Of a stretch of 64,000 bases of DNA, positions 1-12,595 are shown in pieces (position 1 is the stretch's first letter; every line of letters starts with the position of its first letter). Position numbers and translations under genes: made by a program. The notes under the pieces are model-generated. The model saw only the letters and a program-made list of their open reading frames with translations, made no database searches and was not told the origin of the DNA. The stretch is from Auanema rhodensis (Eukaryota > Animalia > Nematoda), in contig OZ059895.1 in assembly GCA_964057225.1 (NCBI GenBank), positions 12,772,001 through 12,836,000 of the forward strand, given 5' to 3'.

Positions 1-3000
1 GTTATTAGTTGATAATACGGGCCTGATTGGCGGCATGTTTACAAATGCTTTCAAAACTTCTTGTTTTGATGGCACCGACATGTTATTTTGAGCGAAAATG
101 GTCGGTGTAAATGCCAACTCGAGCGCTATACTTTCGGTTCGCTCTCGATAACTTCCTTCTCTTGTGAGTATTTTTTCGTCAAATTCTTCTGCTGTTAATC
201 TGTCGCCTATCTGCTCTAACAGTTGCAGGGAAGTGAGGTATTTAACGGCTCCTCTTGTGGTAGCTGCCAGTTCTTTTTGGGCGAAGAATTGAAGCATTGC
301 TTCTTCTGGGTCGTAGAATTCATATATTTTCAAGAATCTTTCTATTGATCTATCCGAAGTAGTGCTTCGTAGAAAGAATTTGAACTGCTCGGGATGTGCT
401 GAGATCCACTTAACGATAGAATATGTTGGATCTATTGTCCGTCTGGCTCGAATTATAGGAATTATTTGTGATATCCCAGGGTTACTCATTACTGGACGTA
501 AAAATGGGTATGGGCATATGTTCAATGTTAAAGTTTCGTAGTCTTCTTGTTCTTTTATCCAGCTTTCGTCCAATTGCAGTGCGCATTGCGCTATAGCCCT
601 TTTTTGACGCTTAGCTGGCAACTTTTTATATTCTCTTTCAATTAAGTTGTGTATATTACTGTCATTTGGATATTTGGGAAAGAGTATATAATTGCCCGTG
701 GTTGATTGAAATATAGGTTGCGAAAAACATGATGTAATCTGTTTTGGAATTTGTTTATTGTCGATAACAAGGGCTGACTGCGTATTGGGAATTAGTATTA
801 TGCTGTCTCCAATGATGGCATCGTATTCACTCATGTCTATGTAGTTGCATCTCTGTTCGTATGATTGGATTTCCCAGATGATCATTGAAGTATTGGATGC
901 GCATTGGCCATGATGTGCAAGACAGCCTTCCGTATTGAGTAATAGATTTGTCAATATGGTGTCGTCTGGCATCCTGGTCATAACGCCTCTTTCCAAAACC
1001 AGTCGTTCTTTTTCTTCGCATTGTTCGTAATTGAATGAGCGCGCTGGAGAGAATGTAGGTTCGGTTGTCGCGTATGTCAAGCTATCCAATTTAATCAGGT
1101 CTTCTGATTTCCATTTACGGTCGCGGACAGCCAGTCTACATTCGTTTTCTGTTGTTGGCTCAATTCGAACAATGGAGGAGTTATGATCTCTTAAAAATAG
1201 CAAATCCCTGATGCATATTTTATGTATTTCTTTTGAACATCGCCATGAATCCCATTCGTGAGCCGTCTGGTTTCTTGTATACAGATGTATGTTTGTGCGG
1301 AGGACATGTTTGGTAGGTGGTATTGTGCATTTCCTCGGGGGTGGGGGTATAAGGAGGGCTCCACCTGTAGCTTTAGTGCACATCTGATAAGCATCAGTTA
1401 TAGTGATTAGTGATAAGATCACTGATAAAGCTACTGCTAGTGTTAAGGGGGATATCAAGGTCAAATTATTGACTCTTGAGCCTCTTCCTCTACCTCTATT
1501 ATTGTTGTTTCCCCTGAAGGGATTATTACCGCGTTGACGGTTATCACTCTCCTGATTACGTGATAAGTTGTTATTTCTTTGATACCAATTTGGATTTGAG
1601 AAATTTCTACCGCGATTACCAAGATTGCGGTTTCTTGCGAAAGAATTTTGCAAATTTTGTGGTTTCTGATTATTTGATGAATTTTGATAACTTTGATAAT
1701 TTTGATAATTTTGGTAGTTTCTATTGTTAAATGATTGATAGCCTCTACCGATTCCTCGCCTTCCGGTGTCGCGCCTGGGAGGGAATGTTCTATCGATTGC
1801 GTTAACCAGTAGCGCCTGAGGGTCGGATACTTGGTTAGCAATTGATTCTTCCCATCTGGCATTATCAATTGCCTCGGCAAACGTTTTTGGTTTAGCTCTG
1901 ATTACCCCCGGGCGTATTGTGTTTTTGAGACCGCGTAGAAAGGTGGATCTAAGAATGTGGTCCTTGTGTGGGTCTGTATGTGAGAAAGCGTTTAAGCTTA
2001 GGCTTCGTAAAGTTTGTGCAAATCCATCTACTGATAGCTCGCCTTGGGTGGAATTCTGTAGCGTTATCAGCGCCGGATCTTGATTATACTCTGGGCATAG
2101 CCTAGAGGTAAGTTCTTCGATGAGAGTATTCCACGAGCCAGATGTCTTGATAGTATCGCTAAGCTGTGTATAAGCTTCTTCAGCTCGTTCGTTTTTGAGA
2201 AGTAATGGTAAGATTGTTAATCTTTCGGGCATAACTAAGCCTAAGGCGTTTGCAAAGGTGTTAAACTTGGCCACGAAGTCTCTAAAGTTGCGACTTCCGT
2301 CGTATATAGGGCAATATGGGGAGCTTAATGCCTGAGCAATGGTAGATTTACCCGCTCCTGGAAGCCGTGATGTTTCGGTCATTTCGGATGAGATGCCCTC
2401 AGGGTATGTGATAGGTGATATTATCACTTCGCTCCCTGTTGGATCTTGATGAGTGTTTTCTATTGCCTTAGGGTTTCTGCTAGAGAAGCCTATTATAGGT
2501 GTAGTTGTTGCGAAACGGGCTCTTGGAACCTGGATGACTTTACCAGATGCCTGAGGCGATGTTCTATCAGTTGATCGTGAGCTAGGGATCGCACTATCTG
2601 ATCTGTTAAGATTAGGATTATGTGAAGAAAACCGGGGTTTTGCTGTTCCGCCGGGTGTTGTTTTATCGCCTGGGGATAAGTTTAAAATCTTTATCAGTCG
2701 ATTTGTTAAAGATCTTTTGTTTTTAAACTTATCAGTTGTTAATGATAAGGGTGAAGCTTCTTGTATGCCTTCGAGGCTGGCTTCTGCTGACAAAGTTTCT
2801 GTTGCGCGCTTACTGGGTGTTTTTGTCTTCCGCTTATTAGGGATATTCTTTTTGATCTTATCAGTGATTTTTGATAAGGTTGAAGGGTTGTCACTAAGTT
2901 GGGTGGGTTCTAAAGTTAGCGAATGTGGTTGATTAATAGGCGTGGAAGACGCTTGCGGGCTTTGTGTTAACCCGAGGGATGGGGAAGGTGCGTTATCAGT

Positions 3001-3573
3001 GATAACTGATAAGTTCGACGCGTTTGGGTCTGGGGTTACCGGTGAGGCAGATGCGGTTGTCGGCTTTTTCTTTTGAATTTTTCGCAAATTTTTATTAGTA
3101 TCAACTGAGCGTACCTTGGGATTTGTAGTTGGAGTTTGAGTGCTGTCGTCGGCTATGATGAAGTCCGGGTCTTCGTCGGTGTCGTCAGAAGGTGAATATG
3201 TACCTTCTCGGGGAGTATAGAACTTGTCGACTTGCGGCTTCGGCTTCTCGTCTGGTTGGTGCGGTTCTTCTATTTGAACACTGAGAAGTCGGGTGCGGCT
3301 TCGGGTACGACTTGCGACAGTAGCGTCACTGTTGATATCGGACGGGTAAAGGGCTGGGAAAGCCGATGAGAATCTTTTGGCCACCTTTGTAGGACTTTTG
3401 GTTTGGAAAAACCGAGAATGGTGAGCTACGTGTGGGATGTTGATGTAAGGTGCGTAAGATTCTTTTAGATGTGTGTTGGGAGAGAGAGAGATTCGGGAGC
3501 AATAGGATAGTCGTGCTTCGCTGGGCGATGCGGAGGGTAAATGAGAGGGAGTTTTCCAAATCGTGGCCACCAA
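1..3573 (-). CDS. Gag-Env(-Pol) polyprotein of family B copy 1, open to the window edge
   Basis: Reads through both positions that are broken in copy 2 (…FAEAIDNARWEES… near 1860 and …YETLTLN… near 530). It is absent from the ORF track, consistent with no stop before position 1. The start codon is uncertain (TTG at 3573). Confidence 0.85.
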   Translation of the reverse strand, partial: MVATIWKTPSHLPSASPSEARLSYCSRISLSPNTHLKESYAPYINIPHVAHHSRFFQTKSPTKVAKRFSSAFPALYPSDINSDATVASRTRSRTRLLSVQIEEPHQPDEKPKPQVDKFYTPREGTYSPSDDTDEDPDFIIADDSTQTPTTNPKVRSVDTNKNLRKIQKKKPTTASASPVTPDPNASNLSVITDNAPSPSLGLTQSPQASSTPINQPHSLTLEPTQLSDNPSTLSKITDKIKKNIPNKRKTKTPSKRATETLSAEASLEGIQEASPLSLTTDKFKNKRSLTNRLIKILNLSPGDKTTPGGTAKPRFSSHNPNLNRSDSAIPSSRSTDRTSPQASGKVIQVPRARFATTTPIIGFSSRNPKAIENTHQDPTGSEVIISPITYPEGISSEMTETSRLPGAGKSTIAQALSSPYCPIYDGSRNFRDFVAKFNTFANALGLVMPERLTILPLLLKNERAEEAYTQLSDTIKTSGSWNTLIEELTSRLCPEYNQDPALITLQNSTQGELSVDGFAQTLRSLSLNAFSHTDPHKDHILRSTFLRGLKNTIRPGVIRAKPKTFAEAIDNARWEESIANQVSDPQALLVNAIDRTFPPRRDTGRRGIGRGYQSFNNRNYQNYQNYQSYQNSSNNQKPQNLQNSFARNRNLGNRGRNFSNPNWYQRNNNLSRNQESDNRQRGNNPFRGNNNNRGRGRGSRVNNLTLISPLTLAVALSVILSLITITDAYQMCTKATGGALLIPPPPRKCTIPPTKHVLRTNIHLYTRNQTAHEWDSWRCSKEIHKICIRDLLFLRDHNSSIVRIEPTTENECRLAVRDRKWKSEDLIKLDSLTYATTEPTFSPARSFNYEQCEEKERLVLERGVMTRMPDDTILTNLLLNTEGCLAHHGQCASNTSMIIWEIQSYEQRCNYIDMSEYDAIIGDSIILIPNTQSALVIDNKQIPKQITSCFSQPIFQSTTGNYILFPKYPNDSNIHNLIEREYKKLPAKRQKRAIAQCALQLDESWIKEQEDYETLTLNICPYPFLRPVMSNPGISQIIPIIRARRTIDPTYSIVKWISAHPEQFKFFLRSTTSDRSIERFLKIYEFYDPEEAMLQFFAQKELAATTRGAVKYLTSLQLLEQIGDRLTAEEFDEKILTREGSYRERTESIALELAFTPTIFAQNNMSVPSKQEVLKAFVNMPPIRPVLSTNN

Positions 3574-3800
3574 TCTGACTCCGCCTATCTACCGTAAGCT
3601 TATTATAGTTAATGATGTTTATCTCTTCTCAAAAACTATTTTTATCCGCTCTTGCACTTTCCTCTAATTTTGTTTTCTTACTGCTCTAGAATCTTCAAAA
3701 AAAACTTTATTCATGTCGTCCCCTTTGTACTTTTGCGGCCTTTGGACATTTATTTTAAGGTTAGAAACAAACGAAAAGAAAAGAAAGAAAGAAAAAAAAA

Positions 3801-4345
3801 ATGGATTTCCAACGTTATAATCCCACTGGCATGACTTATGTCCTGTGGAAATTATACGAATCCATCGTTGAATACGATGGAGAAGGAGTTTTGGCTTATA
3901 GGCCACATCCTGATATAATTTTGATGGTTTGTGTATCTCCATTTTATGTTTGATTATTTGATTACTTTAGTTTATCGAAGATCTCCAAATGTATTATTTG
4001 GGGCAGGGCCATATAAACTTTGCCACCTTCGTAGATGTAGCTCCCGAAGTGGAGCTTGTTGGTCGAAGGTGCTTAGTTGATCTATGCGCTCATGTATATA
4101 ATGATAGGGCCGGTTTATTAACCGCACGTCCTTGGGCCTGGTACCAGGAAAAGAGTCACTTTTATTATTATTTATTATATAGATTATTGTTTAAAATCTA
4201 TATTGTTTATGATGACTCATTATTTGGTTTGGAACTTAGGGTTTCGCGAGGTTTAGAATATAGTGAAGATTTAAATGCGAGCGAAACTCCTATGTTTCTT
4301 GCCTCTGAGTTTCGAACTCGGTTGCAAATCAAATATGGGTATTGA
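3801..4345 (+). CDS. Putative spliced antisense accessory gene in the family B leader (exons 3801-3926 and 3971-4345, ~166 aa, unknown function)
   Basis: ATG follows an A-run; a 44-nt GT…ctttAG intron (3927-3970) joins MDFQRY…IILM in frame to FIEDLQMYYLGQG…; AATAAA at 4349-4354 just after the stop. Confidence 0.55.
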
Positions 4346-5325
4346 CTGAATAAAGTTTGTACTCTGTGTTTTTATTTTTGTGCACTTTGCTCTGTTTTCG
4401 TCAAGAAAACGGACTTATGTTTTCAATCTTTTCCTCATTCCTTTTCCCTTAAATAGCATGTTTTGCTCAAAATGTTTTCGACATTGTGCATGCTAATGAG
4501 GTTTGAGGAGAGTTATTGAAAAGGCTGTCCTTTTTCTTGATCAAAATAAGCAAAAGTGCGTTTTCCTAAGCGAATTTCTTTTTGAAAATGAGAAAAATAC
4601 GTCTATTTTTAAACATTTTCCATTTACTTAGGATTACTGTAGGAGATAAGGGGTATCTTATGAGTTGAAACAACGAAATGATTTGAGGAAGGTGACATAA
4701 TCTACGGGGATAAAATCCGTAGCAGTTATGCTTCCGCCAACTTGACCTGACTGTCAAATAAGAGCTGAGAAGTCTTAATGCAGATTTACCAGGCTTTTTC
4801 GGACTAGTGTGGTCTCTTTTTATATTCAATTTATGTAACCGTTTTTGGTTTCCCGCAAAATAATGTGTAAAATGATCTTTTACGTCTGAATATAATAATT
4901 TTTCAAAATTCTAGTCCTGACCACAAAATATACAAACTATAATCAATTGCGCGCGTCTTATAACTTTTTGTTCCAATAATCAAACTTCTCTATGCCCAAA
5001 AAAAAATGTGAACAATTATAATTTCTCGTTTGGCGAAATTGTCCTCTAATTCAATCCAAACGTCCTCAAAATGGCATGAGAAGCGGTACAAGATACGATA
5101 TAGAAAAGGGTGGACATTCAGACGGTTTTAAATTGAGGACGGCGGGCAAAAATTTTTATTGGTCCTATCTCGCATTTAAGCGAGATCCCTTGTATCTGTA
5201 CCTTAAAACAAATTGGCGCCTTCATTTTGTTGTTTCAAGTGGAGGAATTTATAATTTAGAATGCAAAAATGGACTTTTACAATAAAAAAAAAATTTTTTT
5301 TTTTTTTTTCAAAAGATGAGTTCGA

Positions 5326-5338
5326 GGTGGAACCTCCA
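5326..5338 (-). promoter_or_regulatory. Primer-binding site (tRNA-Gln), family B copy 1
   Basis: Minus strand TGGAGGTTCCACC directly abuts the LTR; complementary to the 3' end of eukaryotic tRNA-Gln (…GGTGGAACCTCCA). Confidence 0.85.
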
Positions 5339-5683
5339 CGTTCCCTTATGCTCCTGCGTCGATAATATAAACCATTGTAGTTTATACTATGACGCGCATA
5401 GTATTCCTTGGTGTAGCGGTGAGGAATAAAGAGCATAAGGTCAATCATAAGATAAAAGAGAGAAAGATTTATTAGCATGAAACTACAACAATAATATACA
5501 AAGATAAAGATACAATACAATAATATAAATATAAGTATAAAGACTAAACTACAAGCCGTCCATGAGCTTGCTAAGAGGCGAACTCCCGACCAAGGGAACG
5601 AGGGAAGGCGGAGCCATTCCTCGGTCCTCTGGTCGTCTGGCTCTAACCCTTCAGCTACATATATGGGGAGTCCGAATGGAACG
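5339..5683 (-). repeat. Family B 5' LTR (345 bp), copy 1
   Basis: About 9 differences from the LTRs at 35670 and 47412; terminal inverted repeat CGTTCC…GGAACG. Confidence 0.95.
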
Positions 5684-5901
5684 TTAACTTTACTGTTTCT
5701 ATCTATTTCCTATTGAAACAAACATTGTTTTAACACTATACAACTGTGAAACCTTTTTTAATTTATTGTATTTGGAGCTCATAAGATTTGATATCATCGA
5801 GGAATTTAGATGTAACGTAGAAAATTACATAACTAACATGAAATTGGAAAAAAAACAATAACGAGGATAAGTATGTAAATCATTGAATATCAGATTTTTT
5901 C

Positions 5902-6020
5902 GCTTACGACCATACCACGTTGAAAGTACGCCATCCCGTCCGATCTGGCAAGTCAAGCAACGTTGGGCCCGGTTAGTACTTGGATCGGAGACGGCTTGGG
6001 AATCCCGGGTGCCGTAAGCT
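5902..6020 (+). rRNA. 5S ribosomal RNA gene (representative copy)
   Basis: GCTTACGACCATACC…GCCGTAAGCT, 119 nt; ends pair as helix I; internal control region with AGTACTTGGATCGGAG; followed by T-runs; nematode-like sequence. Confidence 0.98.
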
Positions 6021-6034
6021 TTTCAAATTTTTTT
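6020..6034 (+). terminator. Pol III oligo-T terminators (T4 then T7), present in every full unit
   Basis: TTTTcaaaTTTTTTT directly at the 5S 3' end. Confidence 0.85.
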
Positions 6035-6035
6035 A

Positions 6036-6064
6036 ACGATCATACCACGTTGAAAGTACGCCAT
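6036..6064 (+). pseudogene. 29-nt duplicate of 5S nt 5-33, downstream of each full gene (representative)
   Basis: acgatcataccacgttgaaagtacgccat versus gene acgaccataccacgttgaaagtacgccat (1 mismatch), offset exactly 130 bp. Confidence 0.93.
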
Positions 6065-9000
6065 GCAGCTGATTTTCAATTTTATCTCTTCAGTAACAAA
6101 TGTTTTTAATTTTCCAGCAGTTTTACTTAGATAGCTCAACCCAAGGCATCAAAATATCTTCAATCTTATTTCTATATTACAGTTATAAACCAGTAGTTTA
6201 TGAACCTTCATCTTAACTTTACTGTTTCTATCTATTTCCTATTGAAACAAACATTGTTTTAACACTATACAACTGTGAAACCTTTTTTAATTTATTGTAT
6301 TTGGAGCTCATAAGATTTGATATCATCGAGGAATTTAGATGTAACGTAGAAAATTACATAACTAACATGAAATTGGAAAAAAAACAATAACGAGGATAAG
6401 TATGTAAATCATTGAATATCAGGTATTTTCGCTTACGACCATACCACGTTGAAAGTACGCCATCCCGTCCGATCTGGCAAGTCAAGCAACGTTGGGCCCG
6501 GTTAGTACTTGGATCGGAGACGGCTTGGGAATCCCGGGTGCCGTAAGCTTTTCAAATTTTTTTAACGATCATACCACGTTGAAAGTACGCCATGCAGCTG
6601 ATTTTCAATTTTATCTCTTCAGTAACAAATGTTTTTAATTTTCCAGCAGTTTTACTTAGATAGCTCAACCCAAGGCATCAAAATATCTTCAATCTTATTT
6701 CTATGTTACAGTTATAAACCAGTAGTTTATGAACCTTCATCTTAACTTTACTGTTTCTATCTATTTCCTATTGAAACAAACATTGTTTTAACACTATACA
6801 ACTGTGAAACCTTTTTTAATTTATTGTATTTGGAGCTCATAAGATTTGATATCATCGAGGAATTTAGATGTAACGTAGAAAATTACATAACTAACATGAA
6901 ATTGGAAAAAAAACAATAACGAGGATAAGTATGTAAATCATTGAATATCAGGTATTTTCGCTTACGACCATACCACGTTGAAAGTACGCCATCCCGTCCG
7001 ATCTGGCAAGTCAAGCAACGTTGGCCCCGGTTAGTACTTGGATCGGAGACGGCTTGGGAATCCCGGGTGCCGTAAGCTTTTCAAATTTTTTTAACGATCA
7101 TACCACGTTGAAAGTACGCCATGCAGCTGATTTTCAATTTTATCTCTTCAGTAACAAATGTTTTTAATTTTCCAGCAGTTTTACTTAGATAGCTCAACCC
7201 AAGGCATCAAAATATCTTCAATCTTATTTCTATATTACAGTTATAAACCAGTAGTTTATGAACCTTCATCTTAACTTTACTGTTTCTATCTATTTCCTAT
7301 TGAAACAAACATTGTTTTAACACTATACAACTGTGAAACCTTTTTTAATTTATTGTATTTGGAGCTCATAAGATTTGATATCATCGAGGAATTTAGATGT
7401 AACGTAGAAAATTACATAACTAACATGAAATTGGAAAAAAAACAATAACGAGGATAAGTATGTAAATCATTGAATATCAGGTATTTTCGCTTACGACCAT
7501 ACCACGTTGAAAGTACGCCATCCCGTCCGATCTGGCAAGTCAAGCAACGTTGGGCCCGGTTAGTACTTGGATCGGAGACGGCTTGGGAATCCCGGGTGCC
7601 GTAAGCTTTTCAAATTTTTTTAACGATCATACCACGTTGAAAGTACGCCATGCAGCTGATTTTCAATTTTATCTCTTCAGTAACAAATGTTTTTAATTTT
7701 CCAGCAATTTTACTTAGATAGCTCAACCCAAGGCATCAAAATATCTTCAATCTTATTTCTATATTACAGTTATAAACCAGTAGTTTATGAACCTTCATCT
7801 TAACTTTACTGTTTCTATCTATTTCCTATTGAAACAAACATTGTTTTAACACTATACAACTGTGAAACCTTTTTTAATTTATTGTATTTGGAGCTCATAA
7901 GATTTGATATCATCGAGGAATTTAGATGTAACGTAGAAAATTACATAACTAACATGAAATTGGAAAAAAAACAATAACGAGGATAAGTATGTAAATCATT
8001 GAATATCAGGTATTTTCGCTTACGACCATACCACGTTGAAAGTACGCCATCCCGTCCGATCTGGCAAGTCAAGCAACGTTGGGCCCGGTTAGTACTTGGA
8101 TCGGAGACGGCTTGGGAATCCCGGGTGCCGTAAGCTTTTCAAATTTTTTTAACGATCATACCACGTTGAAAGTACGCCATGCAGCTGATTTTCAATTTTA
8201 TCTCTTCAGTAACAAATGTTTTTAATTTTCCAGCAGTTTTACTTAGATAGCTCAACCCAAGGCATCAAAATATCTTCAATCTTATTTCTATATTACAGTT
8301 ATAAACCAGTAGTTTATGAACCTTCATCTTAACTTTACTGTTTCTATCTATTTCCTATTGAAACAAACATTGTTTTAACACTATACAACTGTGAAACCTT
8401 TTTTAATTTATTGTATTTGGAGCTCATAAGATTTGATATCATCGAGGAATTTAGATGTAACGTAGAAAATTACATAACTAACATGAAATTGGAAAAAAAA
8501 CAATAACGAGGATAAGTATGTAAATCATTGAATATCAGATTTTTTCGCTTACGACCATACCACGTTGAAAGTACGCCATCCCGTCCGATCTGGCAAGTCA
8601 AGCAACGTTGGGCCCGGTTAGTACTTGGATCGGAGACGGCTTGGGAATCCCGGGTGCCGTAAGCTTTTCAAATTTTTTTAACGATCATACCACGTTGAAA
8701 GTACGCCATGCAGCTGATTTTCAATTTTATCTCTTCAGTAACAAATGTTTTTAATTTTCCAGCAGTTTTACTTAGATAGCTCAACCCAAGGCATCAAAAT
8801 ATCTTCAATCTTATTTCTATATTACAGTTATAAACCAGTAGTTTATGAACCTTCATCTTAACTTTACTGTTTCTATCTATTTCCTATTGAAACAAACAAT
8901 GTTTTAACACTATACAACTGTGAAACCTTTTTTAATTTATTGTATTTGGATCTCCTAAGATTTGATATCATCGAGGGATTTAGATGTAACGTAGAAAATT

Positions 9001-9075
9001 ACATAACTAACATGAAATTGAAAAAAAAACAATAACGAGGATAAGTATGTAAATCATTGAATATCAGATTTTTTC

Positions 9076-9108
9076 GCTTACGACCATACCACGTTGAAAG
9101 TACGCCAT
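9076..9108 (+). pseudogene. Truncated 5S (nt 1-33 only) of a 399-bp deletion unit (representative of ~19)
   Basis: The 5S start runs directly into spacer gcagctg; 130-bp deletion between the direct repeats removes the internal promoter. Confidence 0.93.
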
Positions 9109-12100
9109 GCAGCTGATTTTCAATTTTATCTCTTCCGTAACAAATGTTTTTAATTTTCCAGCAGTTTTACTTAGATAGCTCAACCCAAGGCATCAAAATA
9201 TCTTCAATCTTATTTCTATATTACAGTTATAAACCAGTAGTTTATGAACCTTCATCTTAACTTTACTGTTTCTATCTATTTCCTATTGAAACAAACATTG
9301 TTTTAACACTATACAACTGTGAAACCTTTTTTAATTTATTGTATTTGGAGCTCATAAGATTTGATATCATCGAGGAATTTAGATGTAACGTAGAAAATTA
9401 CATAACTAACATGAAATTGGAAAAAAAACAATAACGAGGATAAGTATGTAAATCATTGAATATCAGGTATTTTCGCTTACGACCATACCACGTTGAAAGT
9501 ACGCCATCCCGTCCGATCTGGCAAGTCAAGCAACGTTGGGCCCGGTTAGTACTTGGATCGGAGACGGCTTGGGAATCCCGGGTGCCGTAAGCTTTTCAAA
9601 TTTTTTTAACGATCATACCACGTTGAAAGTACGCCATGCAGCTGATTTTCAATTTTATCTCTTCAGTAACAAATGTTTTTAATTTTCCAGCAGTTTTACT
9701 TAGATAGCTCAACCCAAGGCATCAAAATATCTTCAATCTTATTTCTATATTACAGTTATAAACCAGTAGTTTATGAACCTTCATCTTAACTTTACTGTTT
9801 CTATCTATTTCCTATTGAAACAAACATTGTTTTAACACTATACAACTGTGAAACCTTTTTTAATTTATTGTATTTGGAGCTCATAAGATTTGATATCATC
9901 GAGGAATTTAGATGTAACGTAGAAAATTACATAACTAACATGAAATTGGAAAAAAAACAATAACGAGGATAAGTATGTAAATCATTGAATATCAGGTATT
10001 TTCGCTTACGACCATACCACGTTGAAAGTACGCCATCCCGTCCGATCTGGCAAGTCAAGCAACGTTGGGCCCGGTTAGTACTTGGATCGGAGACGGCTTG
10101 GGAATCCCGGGTGCCGTAAGCTTTTCAAATTTTTTTAACGATCATACCACGTTGAAAGTACGCCATGCAGCTGATTTTCAATTTTATCTCTTCAGTAACA
10201 AATGTTTTTAATTTTCCAGCAGTTTTACTTAGATAGCTCAACCCAAGGCATCAAAATATTTTCAATCTTATTTCTATATTACAGTTATAAACCAGTAGTT
10301 TATGAACCTTCATCTTAACTTTACTGTTTCTATCTATTTCCTATTGAAACAAACATTGTTTTAACACTATACAACTGTGAAACCTTTTTTAATTTATTGT
10401 ATTTGGAGCTCATAAGATTTGATATCATCGAGGAATTTAGATGTAACGTAGAAAATTACATAACTAACATGAAATTGGAAAAAAAACAATAACGAGGATA
10501 AGTATGTAAATCATTGAATATCAGGTATTTTCGCTTACGACCATACCACGTTGAAAGTACGCCATCCCGTCCGATCTGGCAAGTCAAGCAACGTTGGGCC
10601 CGGTTAGTACTTGGATCGGAGACGGCTTGGGAATCCCGGGTGCCGTAAGCTTTTCAAATTTTTTTAACGATCATACCACGTTGAAAGTACGCCATGCAGC
10701 TGATTTTCAATTTTATCTCTTCAGTAACAAATGTTTTTAATTTTCCAGCAGTTTTACTTAGATAGCTCAACCCAAGGCATCAAAATATCTTCAATCTTAT
10801 TTCTATATTACAGTTATAAACCAGTAGTTTATGAACCTTCATCTTAACTTTACTGTTTCTATCTATTTCCTATTGAAACAAACATTGTTTTAACACTATA
10901 CAACTGTGAAACCTTTTTTAATTTATTGTATTTGGAGCTCATAAGATTTGATATCATCGAGGAATTTAGATGTAACGTAGAAAATTACATAACTAACATG
11001 AAATTGGAAAAAAAACAATAACGAGGATAAGTATGTAAATCATTGAATATCAGGTATTTTCGCTTACGACCATACCACGTTGAAAGTACGCCATCCCGTC
11101 CGATCTGGCAAGTCAAGCAACGTTGGGCCCGGTTAGTACTTGGATCGGAGACGGCTTGGGAATCCCGGGTGCCGTAAGCTTTTCAAATTTTTTTAACGAT
11201 CATACCACGTTGAAAGTACGCCATGCAGCTGATTTTCAATTTTATCTCTTCAGTAACAAATGTTTTTAATTTTCCAGCAGTTTTACTTAGATAGCTCAAC
11301 CCAAGGCATCAAAATATCTTCAATCTTATTTCTATATTACAGTTATAAACCAGTAGTTTATGAACCTTCATCTTAACTTTACTGTTTCTATCTATTTCCT
11401 ATTGAAACAAACATTGTTTTAACACTATACAACTGTGAAACCTTTTTTAATTTATTGTATTTGGAGCTCATAAGATTTGATATCATCGAGGAATTTAGAT
11501 GTAACGTAGAAAATTACATAACTAACATGAAATTGGAAAAAAAACAATAACGAGGATAAGTATGTAAATCATTGAATATCAGGTATTTTCGCTTACGACC
11601 ATACCACGTTGAAAGTACGCCATCCCGTCCGATCTGGCAAGTCAAGCAACGTTGGGCCCGGTTAGTACTTGGATCGGAGACGGCTTGGGAATCCCGGGTG
11701 CCGTAAGCTTTTCAAATTTTTTTAACGATCATACCACGTTGAAAGTACGCCATGCAGCTGATTTTCAATTTTATCTCTTCAGTAACAAATGTTTTTAATT
11801 TTCCAGCAGTTTTACTTAGATAGCTCAACCCAAGGCATCAAAATATCTTCAATCTTATTTCTATATTACAGTTATAAACCAGTAGTTTATGAACCTTCAT
11901 CTTAACTTTACTGTTTCTATCTATTTCCTATTGAAACAAACATTGTTTTAACACTATACAACTGTGAAACCTTTTTTAATTTATTGTATTTGGAGCTCAT
12001 AAGATTTGATATCATCGAGGAATTTAGATGTAACGTAGAAAATTACATAACTAACATGAAATTGGAAAAAAAACAATAACGAGGATAAGTATGTAAATCA

Positions 12101-12595
12101 TTGAATATCAGGTATTTTCGCTTACGACCATACCACGTTGAAAGTACGCCATCCCGTCCGATCTGGCAAGTCAAGCAACGTTGGGCCCGGTTAGTACTTG
12201 GATCGGAGACGGCTTGGGAATCCCGGGTGCCGTAAGCTTTTCAAATTTTTTTAACGATCATACCACGTTGAAAGTACGCCATGCAGCTGATTTTCAATTT
12301 TATCTCTTCAGTAACAAATGTTTTTAATTTTCCAGCAGTTTTACTTAGATAGCTCAACCCAAGGCATCAAAATATCTTCAATCTTATTTCTATATTACAG
12401 TTATAAACCAGTAGTTTATGAACCTTCATCTTAACTTTACTGTTTCTATCTATTTCCTATTGAAACAAACATTGTTTTAACACTATACAACTGTGAAACC
12501 TTTTTTAATTTATTGTATTTGGAGCTCATAAGATTTGATATCATCGAGGAATTTAGATGTAACGTAGAAAATTACATAACTAACATGAAATTGGA

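Larger units (their letters stand above)
1..5683 (-). mobile_element. Family B Ty3/gypsy LTR retroelement, copy 1 (partial: 5' LTR, leader, gag and part of env; continues off the window edge)
   Basis: Near-identical to 42070-47755; LTR at 5339-5683; PBS at 5326-5338; right flank is 5S spacer (ttaactttactg). Confidence 0.95.
5684..12595 (+). rRNA. 5S rDNA tandem array block 1 (12 full genes, 1 truncated unit)
   Basis: 119-nt genes start at 5902, 6431, 6960, 7489, 8018, 8547, 9475, 10004, 10533, 11062, 11591, 12120 (529-bp period); truncated 399-bp unit at 9076. Confidence 0.97.

Noticed and set aside
5902-12595. CRISPR-like pattern of recurring 29-nt repeats
   Set aside because: The intervening sequences are identical rather than unique spacers, the repeat is part of 5S rRNA, there are no cas genes, and the context is eukaryotic.
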